Below are positions 44,133 through 63,424 of a stretch of DNA of 64,000 nucleotides, piece after piece (position 1 is the first letter of the stretch; every line of letters starts with the position of its first letter). Under the pieces are notes generated by a model. That model was not told the DNA's origin. It did no database searches and saw nothing but the letters and a program-made list of their open reading frames with translations. The DNA is from Eledone cirrhosa (lineage: Eukaryota), in the NCBI GenBank assembly GCA_964016885.1, contig OZ024750.1, forward strand, positions 31,248,001-31,312,000, read 5' to 3'. Both the position numbers and the translations under genes were made by a program.

Positions 44133-44374
44133 TCACACCCCCCCCCCACCCCCCCCCCCACACACACACATATATATATATATAGTTAGAGAAGCAAAAA
44201 ATTGCTTATTGTGATCCAGTTTTTGGTTAAGAAAGCCAGTTTCATGGATGGTTTCAACGTACCTGGATAAAATCCTTCTCTTAATGCTTACCTGTGTTTT
44301 CTCTTTTATATATCGTATATATATATATATATAGTGTTTGTGTGTGTGTATATATGTATGTTCTATCCCACAAC

Positions 44375-44715
44375 ATGCCATCCTAGGGAATGTCTTTTAT
44401 CTTATAGTTCGGGACAACCCTAGCCTTTGATTGTACTTTAAATTGAAAGGTTTCGCCTTGTCGCACTGTGTCATGATGTTGATGTTTCTACGCGAGGACA
44501 ACGTTAAAGATATGTTTCTGTAGAATGCTTAGCTTATTAAGGCGCTTAGTCAATGTCTACGACTGCATATAACTCAATACTTACTGGTTTACTCGTGCAA
44601 TGGCATCCACCCCACCCATACAGACAGAGAGAGTCATACAAACAACTATGTAGTTCATGGTGTTTAATTTCCAACGGAAGAGTCTCGTTTCCGTGTTAGA
44701 AAACGACTCTCTCTC
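44375..44715 (+). mobile_element. Old SINE-like element whose 3' end is homologous to the 3' UTR of the R4/Dong element at 52716-56785
   Basis: 44651-44712 TAGTTCATGGTGTTTAATTTCCAACGGAAGAGTCTCGTTTCCGTGTTAGAAAACGACTCTCT aligns with 56682-56743 TAGTTGATGTTGCGTAAATTCGAATGAGAGAGTCTTGTGTCTATGTTAGAAACCGACTCTCT. The upstream boundary is uncertain. Confidence 0.55.
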
Positions 44716-45588
44716 TTTTTCCCTTCTCTACCTCTCTCCCTTCTCTCTCCCTCCTCTCTCTCTAACGGTGAGAAAAAAAAACACCCGAAGACGATTGATA
44801 GATACAAATACTGGATGATATTATCAGAAACTATTATGACACCAATGAAGAAAAAACATTCACCTAGTAAAGAACAACGTAAGTGTATGCCAGAATCTAA
44901 AGTATAAAATGTATGTAGCTTGTCTCAACCTATTCCTTAAAGATCAATGTGATGGTCGCAATATCATTATAGCAGAAAAAAGCAGCTGGGAAGAAGGAAA
45001 TTTGATGAAAGTGATTGCATTGACTTCATAAAATAATGTATATGGAGGGTGTATTTGAAAAGGAGAGTGTCTTTGGAAAGCTGTCTATACAGGAAAGGAA
45101 CTTGTTGGGGGAAATCTTAACCTAAATATTATTATGTGTGATGTTTTATAGTGCCATTCGATAAATGAAGTAGATAGCATATTTTTGAGATATAAATTTT
45201 TACTTAGCCGACAACTTGACATCCTGATAGTTCTTTTTCATACTGAAGATATTCTTCAGCAATTAATCTTAGCTTTGTTATTTGTCACTTAAGTCCATTT
45301 ATATTGAAACCATACGATTGGTAGGAAATACTTCCGCGACAGCTTATATCGGTACTGTTGCAGATGTCATAAATTGTCAGTAGTACTCAGACAGAATTAG
45401 ATTTGTGGTTTGAACAATTGAACAGTCAATGTCTTTTTCTCTTGTCGCAACTAATAAATTGAATTGAAGTACGTTAAGAAATGTATACTCAATTTGCCGA
45501 ATTAAATACTGTTTTAAGTTGAAATACTGACTCTATTTCTGTTCACAAAATGAGTCAATATTTTTCTCACACATTATCTTTTCACCTG

Positions 45589-45772
45589 GGCGGTGAATTG
45601 GCAGTATCGGTAGAGGGTTGGACGCCATGCTTTCTAGCATAGTTACGTCCCTTTACAGTCTGAGTTCAAATCCCGCCGAGGTTAACTTTGCCTTTCATCC
45701 TTACGGGGTCGATAAAATAAAGTACCAGTAATGTACTGGTTAATTGCTGGCATTGTGCCTAAAGTAGAAACA
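45589..45772 (+). mobile_element. Full-length tRNA-derived SINE with 16-bp target-site duplication
   Basis: A-box TGGCAGTATCGG and B-box GAGTTCAAATCC; ATTATCTTTTCACCTG at both 45573-45588 and 45773-45788. Confidence 0.92.
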
Positions 45773-45849
45773 ATTATCTTTTCACCTGAGAATACAAGAT
45801 AGTGCAATATCTACAAACTAATAGAACTTAGTAATCAAATTTTAAAACC

Positions 45850-46195
45850 TTGCTGAGCTTAGCTTTGCCTTTCATCCTTACCAAGTCGATAAAATAAAAT
45901 ACTAGTAAAGCACTGGGGTTAATTCAGCCGACTTTCCCCATTCCCTTCAAATTGCTGACCTAGTACCAGATGTATAAACAATTATTAGTACTGTATATAA
46001 TGACAATATGCTTTGCAGCATATAGTTACGGCTCTTTAAGTTCTGAGTACAAATCCCACCTAGATTAGTTTATCTTGTCATCTTTACTGGGTCGATAAAA
46101 TAAAGTACCAGCAACGTAGTGGGGTCGATTTAATAGGCTTTTCCCTCCACCGAATTGTTGTTCTTGTGTTAAATGTAGAATCAATTATTAGTACT
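45850..46195 (+). mobile_element. Two further 5'-truncated SINE copies in tandem (~45850-45990 and ~46005-46195)
   Basis: Each has GTCGATAAAATAAA..ACTGGGGT..CAATTATTAGTACTGT. Confidence 0.8.
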
Positions 46196-46230
46196 GTGTA
46201 TATTAAGTGGTGGTTGTATTTTTATATATA

Positions 46231-46268
46231 CTAGCAGAAAAACCGCCCTGCAGGCGGTTTTCTGTTAG
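46231..46268. other. Long GC-cored hairpin; possible terminus of a Helentron/HINE-like element
   Basis: CTAGCAGAAAAACCGCC-CTGCA-GGCGGTTTTCTGTTAG forms a ~16-bp stem with one bulge and one G:T. The hairpin is certain; the element identity is a guess. Confidence 0.4.
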
Positions 46269-46505
46269 CATATTTATTATGCATATACGCAAATATATAT
46301 GCATATAGATATATGTAAATTGAAAAGTAAATTGACAATATCTTCGTCCACTTATTTCTAAGAGGGTCGAGGGGGAAGTGTCATTCTCCAACACTCCTTC
46401 CAGTGAGTCTGTCAGAAGCAAACACCTCTAAATGATCCAGCTGGATCCCAAAGCGTGAGCAGCCAAGCTCAAGGATGTTATCCAACTATGTTGCTCAGGG
46501 TCTAC

Positions 46506-47590
<1,085 letters not shown>

Positions 47591-47769
47591 ATTACACAAA
47601 GAGAAGTGTGTTATACAGTGTATTACAAGTGAGTCAATGAAAAATATACACCCTGTGTTAAATATGTTTGAAATTCTGTAAAGCAATAACAAACAGTTTA
47701 TATAAATTAGAATGAAGATGATCTTCCAAAACACAGCGTAATGAGGCTGTTTGCTTGTAAACGAATCGA

Positions 47770-47930
47770 GGCCATGCTTTGCAGCATAGAGTTACGACCA
47801 TTTACAGTCTGAGTTCAAATCCTGCCGAGGTTAACTTTGCCTTCCATCCTTAGGGGATCGATGAAATAAAACACCGGTAATGCACTGGGTTAATTGATGA
47901 TCTTGTGCCAAAAGTAGAAACAATTATTAT
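47770..47930 (+). mobile_element. tRNA-derived SINE, 5'-truncated
   Basis: GTCTGAGTTCAAATCCTGCCGAGGTTAACTTTGCCTTCCATCC..AGTAGAAACAATTATTATT. Confidence 0.88.
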
Positions 47931-49589
47931 TCGATATAAAACTGACGAATGCATTTACGTATCCGCTATGTCAGAGCGAAACTAATTTTGTTTCTATAAA
48001 CATTGCAAGACATTAGCTCGCCACAACCGTCTCAATTGATAATGAAAGTACAGTGACTCTTTTTACATTGTCATAATTCAACAATTTTTTTATAGTCGTT
48101 TAAATCGATAACCAATATACAATATCTACCCATTACGTCTTTTTTCGACTCTCGAAAAGTCGAAAAGAAGTGCTGATAGCGACACGATTTGAACGTATAA
48201 AGAGACAAGTAAATTTGCCAATACATACTATTCGCTACTTTATGGTTTAGGCTAATAATCTTCACTTTGTTTCAGTTAATGATATGAATAAGTAGAATAG
48301 AAGATTCAATATTAATAGTGAATCTGTTTTCACTCACAATTGAAGTGATTATACTTAGATAACGATTCTTCCTTTTTAAAATCAAGATTATTTGCCTAAA
48401 CCGATTCTTTTTATTATCGCACAATTTTTCTTGTCAGTTACGGCGGCTGTATTCCTAGATATATTATCAGAAAAAGAAAAAAAAATGCATCTTCTACTAA
48501 ATTGGATAGGAGGAAAACTGACACTTATAAAGGAAACACGATTTATTTAGAAATTCTAATGCGTTGTTGGTAGGATTAAATGGGTAATTAATTTTCAAAA
48601 TGGTTGAGAATCGCATATAAAAGAAGCATGTAATGTGCATTAGAGTTTGGGATAATAAAGATTGTAAAACAGTATTTATAATTGCCTAAAATATATTCTT
48701 ATGGTTAAATAGCCTGTCCTATGGTACACATTGTTGAATAAATGGTCAAAATTCTGCTATAATATCATACTCGGATTTAAAACGGTTATATAATGTGCTG
48801 ATTTGTAAAATTTATATGAATGTTTTAAAGTAACCACGATTTTCAATGTTACGCCAGCTTCAGAGAGTGTTTAACTTTGTAAGTTGGACACGTCAAGAAA
48901 TAGAGATATGAAAAGTTGTGATCGTTAAAGCGTGTGTCGTATCAGCTACATAAAAGTTGTTTAAAGAAGAAATCTGATACATTGGCTTGAAAGTGTTAAT
49001 GCCAGCTATCAAAATATCCTTTATTTACGTGAAGATAAATAACTTATGTTTGCAAAATTTCTATTTCCGTTATCAATTACCAACACAAATGTTTGCTTCT
49101 TATGAGTCAACTATTTTTAGGGGGAGATCAACATAGAATATTGTAAGCATAAAAAAGCAGTGTTGTTAAGAGAGTATGTGTTTGAACTAGGATGGAAGTT
49201 AATGAAGCCAGAAGAGAAAGCGCTGAGAAATTAACACGGATGAATAGGGAGAGAACAAGCGTAGAGTGTATCGTTACTGGCTGAGGTGAAAGAAGATATT
49301 TAAGTTAAATTGTCAATTGAACAAAAGAACTAGTTGTTGTTTACGCGATAATACATAATGTATATTAGAAGATAGACCAAAATTAAATTCTTCATTCTAT
49401 TTTCCTCAATAGCAAAGTAAAGATTCTTTATGAGGATTTTATAGTTTAATCATTAAATGAAATATAACACCACAATCTCTTTGCTGTAGTATTTTTTTTA
49501 GATATCTTCAAATAAAGTATAACGAAACATCAACTGGAATGTACCGATCGCGTTGGAATTCCGTCGTTTCCGACGACGAGCGTTTCAGG

Positions 49590-49700
49590 TTAGCTTAATC
49601 TACTGGAACAATGTTAAATAACAATGCGCACTGGGATTTGAACTCACAGCCCTATGATCGTGACCCGAACACCCCCTAACCCCTAAGCCACGCACTTCCA
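49590..49700 (-). mobile_element. tRNA-like SINE head remnant
   Basis: Minus strand reads GCGTGGCTTAGGGGTTAGGGGGTGTTCGGGTCACGATCATAGGGCTGTGAGTTCAAATCCCAG (A and B boxes). Confidence 0.6.
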
Positions 49701-49905
49701 CGGCGATAGCAAACGCTAATTAGTTGATACACACTCTGCTAAAACTTATAATTGCCACCAGCGATTTCAAATAATATTGATGGGGATAAAATTAAGAAAA
49801 TATTCTTTAACAGAAAGAAAAAAAAAAAAGAATCTAAACATACAACATTATTCGTATTTACATTCTAAAATAAAAGCAAAACAAGCCTCCAGGTTTCAAA
49901 TTCTT

Positions 49906-50017
49906 TACACACATACACACACACACACACACACACAAACATACATACATACATACATACATACATACATACATACATACATACATACATACATACATAC
50001 ATACATACATACATACA
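49906..50017. repeat. (CA)n then AAAC(ATAC)19 microsatellite; 5' flank of R4/Dong copy A
   Basis: Read directly. Confidence 0.97.
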
Positions 50018-56785
<6,768 letters not shown>

Positions 56786-56804
56786 CATACATACATACAT
56801 ACAT

Positions 56805-57385
56805 GGTGGCTGCCAACTCGTTTTCGAGTACGGCCACTACTTTATATCCATGTAGGAGAACCCCTTCCGATGCGCTGAACGAGTGTGACTTTTTAGTCCA
56901 GCCAGCGACTTGAAAACTCTGGTACAAACTCTACACTTGTGACAATTATTGACACATAGTGCTGGGCTCATGGTACCATGTGACGACAAGTGCAGAGAGA
57001 TCTCCAGATATAAAGCAATGCCTGTGCCGTGAAGCTTTTTAGTGAGCAAAGGCACTGCACAAAGCCAGTCCCACTCTCTTAACCAATATGATATTTACCA
57101 AAAAGAACAAGTCAACATCATTGGATACCATCAGGGTTGCAGGTGTTATATCAGAGTTTTCCTTCTCCTAGAATTCTGCCTTGACAAAGGCTAAGGGGTC
57201 ATCTCTCACGGTGATTTTGGACGGCCATTGACTCTTAAGAGCTCCTTTGCCAGGTTTTGTTTTTAGTCCTGCAGGATGTCCAAAGTCACCCTCCTCACCA
57301 AGAAACCTTGGTAGGGTTGCCAGTTTAGTTGCCAAGGACCCGATCATGGGACAGGTTGTACTGGGATACATGTTACTAGTAGCAC
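56805..57385 (-). mobile_element. Non-autonomous bipartite RTE-derived element, copy 1 (longest, ~580 bp), with (ATGT)n tail
   Basis: Minus strand carries the RTE 5'UTR-type motif CTAGGAGAAGGAAAACTCTGA, then a C-terminal C2H2 CRVCTRVFKSLAGLKSHTRSAH, a stop, hairpin ACTCG-AAAA-CGAGT and GCAGCCACC(ATGT)n. No RT or endonuclease sequence lies between. Confidence 0.75.
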
Positions 57386-57424
57386 CATACATACATACAT
57401 ACATACATACATACATACATACAT
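57386..57424. repeat. (CATA)n tract between RTE-derived copy 1 and R4/Dong copy C
   Basis: Read directly. Confidence 0.97.
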
Positions 57425-58184
57425 CACACCTTGAGGGATATCTCTATGCAATACAGGGACAAGAACTCCCTACCAAATATCTGCTGCACAAAAGGGGAGG
57501 GCCATCAGCTGACAATAAATGTAGGCTATGTAAAACAAAGATCGAGTATGTAAGCAACATTGTTGCCATCTGCGAAAGAATGTCATCTCGCTACTACCCC
57601 CCCCTCCATGAGACACGATGGGATAGCTAGAACTATCTGGAACGCACTTCGGAAAACAAAATTAACAACGAACGAGGAAGAATATATTGAGACAGATGGC
57701 ACTAAGGAATACTGGTGGAACCTGAAAATAAAAACTGCCACCAAATTAAAGCACAACCGGCCTGATATTGTAGTTTGGGACCACACATTGAAAAGGTGTT
57801 CTTTTGTGGTGATCAGCTGCCCACTTGATGTAAACGTTGTCAGAAAAATACAAAAATACAGGAAAAGGAGGACATCTACGGACCATTGATGAGGAGTTTA
57901 CAAATCCAGTATCCAAAATACACCTTTAGCTTCATACCCATCATTATTGGAGCTACGGGTTATATATCAACCTGCTTGGACCTAAATATGACTGAACTTG
58001 GATTTGTGGACAAAGAGCGCAGCTCCCTAATTCATAGTCTGCAAATGGTTGCGATAGCTGGCACCTTCAAAATTTGCAAAACATTCTTGCGATTCAAGGG
58101 ATGACAATTTCTTTTCTTTTACAACATTGCCCCCAGGAAGGTGGCCGGTCAAAAAAATATACTCGAAATTAAGAGAAAGAGATA
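57421..58184 (+). mobile_element. R4/Dong family 1, copy C (3' ~760 bp only, frameshifted)
   Basis: Highly similar to 51865-52615; frameshifting insertions near 57600 and 57850; followed by TAATACATACATACAT. Confidence 0.93.
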
Positions 58185-58427
58185 ATACATACATACATAT
58201 GTGGGTGTATGTGTGTGGGGTTATGTGTGGAAGAGGACTGTACATTGACTAAAATGAACTCATCAAAAAAATACCAAATATATATTTAAATATTTAAATA
58301 TGTCAATATATTTTCATATACAATTATTTCATTTCCCTAAACAGTTCACTATGAATTCTGGACTAAATGATAATATTATATTATTTTATAGAAAATATAG
58401 TTATTGCTTCGCGAGGGTCGAAACCCT

Positions 58428-58897
58428 TGGCTGCCAACTCGTTTTCGAGTACGGCCACTACTTTATATCCATGTAGGAGAACCCTTACCGATGCGTTGAA
58501 CGAGTGTGACTTTTTAGTCCAGCCAGCGACTTGAAAACTCTGGTACAAACACTACACTTGTGACAATTATTGACACATAGTGCTGGGCCATGGTACCATG
58601 TGACGACAAGTGCAGAGAGATCTCCAGATATAAAGCAATGCCTGTGCCGTGAAGCTTTTATAGTGAGCAAAGGCACTGCACAAAGCCAGTCCCACTCTCT
58701 TAACCAAGATGATATTTACCAAAAAGAAGAACAAGTCAACATCATTGGATACTATCAGAGCTCCTTTCCTCTTTGACAGGTTTTGTTTTTAGTCCTGCAG
58801 GATGTCCAAAGTCACCCTCCTCACCAAGAAACCTTGGCGGGGTTGCCAGTTTAGTCGCCAACGATCCGACCATGAGACAGGTTGTACTGGGATACAT
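58428..58897 (-). mobile_element. Non-autonomous RTE-derived element, copy 2 (~105-bp internal deletion, tail lost)
   Basis: Collinear with 56807-57371 except for ~57132-57238; its 5' end merges into a (TACA)n tract at GGGATACAT. Confidence 0.85.
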
Positions 58898-58909
58898 ACA
58901 TACATACAT

Positions 58910-59092
58910 GGTGGCTGCCAACTCGTTTTCGAGTACGGCCACTACTTTATATCCATGTAGGAGAACCCCTACCGATGCGCTGAACGAGTGTGAACTTTTA
59001 GTCCAGCCAGCAACTTGAAAACTCTGGTACAAACACAACACCTGTGACAATTATTGTCACATAGTGCTGGGCCCATGGTACCATGTGACGAC
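58910..59092 (-). mobile_element. Non-autonomous RTE-derived element, copy 3 (3' ~180 bp)
   Basis: Matches 56805-56987; (TACA)n on both sides (58892-58909 and 59094-59184). Confidence 0.85.
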
Positions 59093-59093
59093 T

Positions 59094-59184
59094 ATACATA
59101 CATACATACATACATACATACATACATACATACATACATACATACATACATACATACATACATACATACATACATACATACATA
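59094..59184. repeat. (TACA)n microsatellite, ~22 units
   Basis: Read directly. Confidence 0.98.
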
Positions 59185-59855
59185 GCTGTTAATCAAAAAT
59201 TAAAAACATTTCTTTCACGAATCAATGAATATATTTTCTATAAAATAATATAACCATATCATTCAGACTTGATTTCATTGTAAATACTTGCTGTTTAAGG
59301 AAATGAAAGAAAATTATTGCATATAAAAACATGTTGACAGCTGTAGTCAACTCTCGGGAGAGCTGGACACCAGGAGGTCCTTAGAGAAGTACCCATGTCC
59401 TCACACAAGGGTTTCGACCCTCGCGAAGCAATAACTATATTTTACACCCACCCTCACCCATCACACAAATACCTCCACACACACATACCCCCACATACCC
59501 AATCGTATATATGTGTTTATATATTTGTATGTGTGTGCGTATATTATCGACCTTGGAAGGTGAAATGAAAGAGAACGGGATTTTAATTCGGTAAAGGGAC
59601 ATAACCCAACACCACAAGTTAATTTGGTCCCCCCAAGAAATAAAAATGTCTGTTTGTTATGAAACTAAACTTCGTATCTCTGAACAGCTTGTTGATTTAA
59701 ACAAGCTATTAGACCGGTAGGCTCATTACCATATTTATATTTATATTTATACTCAAATAAGCTATTCGACCATTAGGCATGTTATAATGAGAAAGCTATA
59801 CTTAAATAAAGCTGTTCAATGATAGATGCGATCAATAGTACACACGGACGACCTG

Positions 59856-59860
59856 ATGTA

Positions 59861-59924
<64 letters not shown>

Positions 59925-59985
59925 ACTATGTGTGTTTATATGTATGCATATATATGTGGACACACACACACACATTCACGCACAC
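59856..59985. repeat. (TG)n / (CA)n compound microsatellite
   Basis: Read directly. Confidence 0.92.
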
Positions 59986-60604
59986 GTGTGAGTATGCACG
60001 CGCGCGCCTGTATAGTGAATTCATGCACATTCTTATCTCAAAATATAATCATACACAAAAGTATAGAGTATAATGTATGTATATGTGATGTAACTAGGAT
60101 GAGTGCAGATGTGAAATAGATAACAGTTTAAATCAATCACAGAACATTCGATGTTTGTCTAGGTGTCGCAGATTGGAAAACTGTCGCATTTATAGTCCAT
60201 TAGAAGTTACTTTAATAAGATTATGATTTCTATTATATTGATTTTTCATGTCTAAAAATGAGGTTAATACCCCGAGAAATTATAACCATATTAACTATGA
60301 TACACGAATCTCAGATATTTAGACACGTTAATATGTTTGATGTAAGAAAACCATTCGAAATGGACTAAGAGATTTGATTTAGAATAGATGTAGTGCCGTA
60401 GATAATTTGGAGGATTTTCATGGCACACAGGTCAGAGTATTTTGATCTATATCTAAATATTTATGTTCTGTCTAGAATTATCCATGATATGTTTAAATTT
60501 ATCCCCTACACATGACGATAGTTAAATAAACTTGGAAAGTAGCATGACTTAAGGTTAGGGGTCTGGTAGATATTACGAAATAGAAAGCAAACAAAAAGAC
60601 AACA

Positions 60605-60735
60605 GAAAATATTGTTTTTTTTGGTTTAGGCCAAAATTGTTTGGGGGAAGGCGAAGTCAATTAAATAGACTCCAGTGTGTTATTGGTACTTTATTTTATT
60701 GATCCTGTAATGATAAAAGGCAAAGCTAATCTCGG
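60605..60735 (-). mobile_element. SINE 3' half, diverged
   Basis: TTGGTACTTTATTTTATTGATCCTGTAATGATAAAAGGCAAAG. Confidence 0.72.
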
Positions 60736-60928
60736 AGTGTAAACGTATAATTATTGAGGAGTTATTTTTTAGTTGCTCTGTTTACGCTTTAGTTGCTCTG
60801 TTTACGCTTAAATTTACCTATAGATATAGTGAAGAGTGAAGAAAAACTACAAGGCAACATCCCAACATTATTGTTATATTTTTAATCCCTTACCACTTAA
60901 TTTACAATATTACAAAACATTATTTTCT

Positions 60929-61100
60929 ATCGGTAGAGGGTCGGACGTCATGCTTTGACGCATAGAGTTACGGCCCTTTCCATTCTGAGTTCAAATCCCG
61001 CCGAGGTCAACTTTGCCTTTCATCATTACGGGGTCGATAAAATAAAGTACCAGTAATGTACTGGGTGATTGCCGGCCTTGTGCCAAAAGTAGAAACAATT
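60929..61100 (+). mobile_element. tRNA-derived SINE with 11-bp TSD
   Basis: Close match to 45589-45772; ATTATTTTCTA at 60919-60929 and 61098-61108. Confidence 0.9.
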
Positions 61101-61408
61101 ATTTTCTACGCTTTTCACAATACTTCAAGCAAACTACAACACGCCTTTGATCAAGGAAAAATTTGAGCATCGTGGGGTGCCATTGTAATCAGGGGTTTTG
61201 ATAATGGGCTGTTGTGTCTGCATCTTCATCTCAGAATGTATAGTTACATATTTCAGTAACAGTATTTAAAATATTTTAGTCTTTGACGTGTTTTCTTTAA
61301 TTCTTTAATTTTGGTCCTTTGAGATAACATACATTCTGCGTATATAACTGAATTTAAATTTTAAGGTTTTGAACTATTGATTCAATTTGTAATTATTGGG
61401 GAGGTATA

Positions 61409-62925
61409 TAGCAGCTTCTTACCACGTCTTTCTTAACATTACCTTATTTGGTATTTATGTATTGATCACAGCAGCTTCTTACCACGTTTCTCTTAATATT
61501 TGGTAGATATGTATTGATGATAACAGCTTCTTACCACATCTTTCTTAACATTACCATATTTGGTAGGTTATTGTGTATTGATGATAACAGCTTCTTACCA
61601 CGTCTTTCTTAACATTACCATATTTGGTAGTTTATTGTGTATTGATGATAACAGCTTCTTACCACATCTTTCTTAACATTACCATATTTGGTAGTTTATT
61701 GTGTATTGATGATAACAGCTTCTTACCACGTCTTTCTTAACATTACCATATTTGGTAGTTTATTGTGTATTGATGATAACAGCTTCTTACCACGTCTTTC
61801 TTAACATTACCATATTTGGTAGTTTATTGTGTATTGATGATAACAGCTTCTTACCACGTCTTTCTTAACATTACCATATTTGGTAGTTTATTGTGTATTG
61901 ATGATAACAGCTTCTTACCACGTCTTTCTTAACATTACCATATTTGGTAGGTTATTGTGTATTGATGATAACAGCTTCTTACCACGTCTTTCTTAACATT
62001 ACCATATTTGGTAGTTTATTGTGTATTGATGATAGCAGCTTCTTACCACGTCTTTCTTAACATTACCATATTTGTTAGTTTATTATGTATTGATGATAGC
62101 AGCTTCTTACCACGTCTTTCTTAACATTACCATATTTGGTAGTTTATTGTGTATTGATGATAACAGCTTCTTAGCACGTCTTTCTTAACATTACCATATT
62201 TGGTAGGTTATTGTGTATTGATGATAACAGCTTCTTACCACGTCTTTCTTAACATTACCATATTTGGTAGTTTATTGTGTATTGATGATAGCAGCTTCTT
62301 ACCACGTCTTTCTTAACATTACCATATTTGGTAGTTTATTGTGTATTGATGATAACAGCTTCTTACCACGTCTTTCTTAACATTACCATATTTGGTAGTT
62401 TATTGTGTATTGATGATAACAGCTTCTTACCACGTCTTTCTTAACATTACCATATAAGGTAGTTTATTGTGTATTGATGATAACAGCTTCTTACCACGTC
62501 TTTCTTAACATTACCATATTTGGTAGTTTATTGTGTATTGATGATAACAGCTTCTTACCACATCTTTCTTAACATTACCATATTTGGTAGTTTATTGTGT
62601 ATTGATGATAACAGCTTCTTACCACGTCTTTCTTAACATTACCATATTTGGTAGTTTATTGTGTATTGGTGATAGCAGCTTCTTACCACGTCTTTCTTAA
62701 CATTACCATATTTGGTAGTTTATTGTGTATTGATGATAACAGCTTCTTACCACGTCTTTCTTAACATTACCATATAAGGTAGTTTATTGTGTATTGATGA
62801 TAGCAGCTTCTTACCACGTCTTTCTTAACATTACCATATTTGGTAGTTTATCATGTATTGATGACAGCAGCTTCTTACCACGTTTGTCTTAACATTACCA
62901 TATTTGGTAGTTTATTGTGTATTAT
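61409..62925. repeat. 64-bp minisatellite, ~24 copies
   Basis: Unit ACAGCTTCTTACCACGTCTTTCTTAACATTACCATATTTGGTAGTTTATTGTGTATTGATGATA (e.g. 61587, 61651); the edge units are shorter and diverged. Confidence 0.98.
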
Positions 62926-62989
62926 ATTAGAATTTCTGATAGTTGTTGGATTCTATATTTTGTTTCTTGTAAATAGAATATTTTCTCTT

Positions 62990-63240
62990 TGCATGGTTAA
63001 GCGGTCGTGCCCTTGGCAGTTGAGACTTCTGGTGTCCTTGGCCCTAGGGGTACCCCCCTATTCACCACCATATGTGCTGAGCTGGCCAGCCGCAGGTGTG
63101 AGCCTCGCGAGTTGGAATAGCTCTTCTAGCGCATCTCCCTTACTATCCTCCGGGGAAACGCCTTCTCCATTCTGCCCGCCGGAGTTGTGAGGAGGCCAGC
63201 ACGTAGGACCCCATTTGCTCACCATACGGATTAAGACATA
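62990..63240 (-). other. GC-rich island resembling a non-LTR retrotransposon 5' UTR fragment
   Basis: Abrupt GC rise in an AT-rich context, with an ATG and A-rich sequence following on the minus strand. The identity is inference only. Confidence 0.35.
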
Positions 63241-63424
63241 TAACCCCACTTTTTCTTTTATTTACTCTTTTACGATCTCATTTCTAGGTCTATTGTTACT
63301 CTGTCTGTCTTCTCTTTGAACAATCTACTTATTTGTTTGATCTTTGAGTATTTGGTTGATCGCGCAAGGCATCAGTTCGAGTTCTGATGTCTACACTATT
63401 ATTTGTGACTTACAGGTCTAATGA

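Larger units (their letters stand above)
58392..59443. repeat. 38-bp perfect inverted repeat pair (58392-58429 and 59406-59443)
   Basis: AAAATATAGTTATTGCTTCGCGAGGGTCGAAACCCTTG and its exact reverse complement. Confidence 0.9.

Noticed and set aside
40071-44381. Short ORFs (62-82 aa) in the SINE-rich spacer
   Set aside because: They overlap SINEs or low-complexity DNA and contain no recognisable domains.
45589-45680. tRNA gene
   Set aside because: A and B boxes are present, but there is no cloverleaf and the sequence continues into a SINE body with a TSD.
48000-49550. Host exon(s) or DNA-transposon coding remnant in the unique AT-rich stretch
   Set aside because: No convincing ORF, motif or terminal repeat could be recognised by eye.
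49777-50016. N-terminus of the 919-aa ORF as genuine protein
   Set aside because: It consists of AT-rich flank and (CA)n/(TACA)n read-through (THTH.., YIHT..); homology to copy B starts only after the tract.
56837-57055. Host C2H2 zinc-finger gene
   Set aside because: A single finger inside a thrice-repeated, microsatellite-tailed element, typical of an RTE ORF C-terminus.
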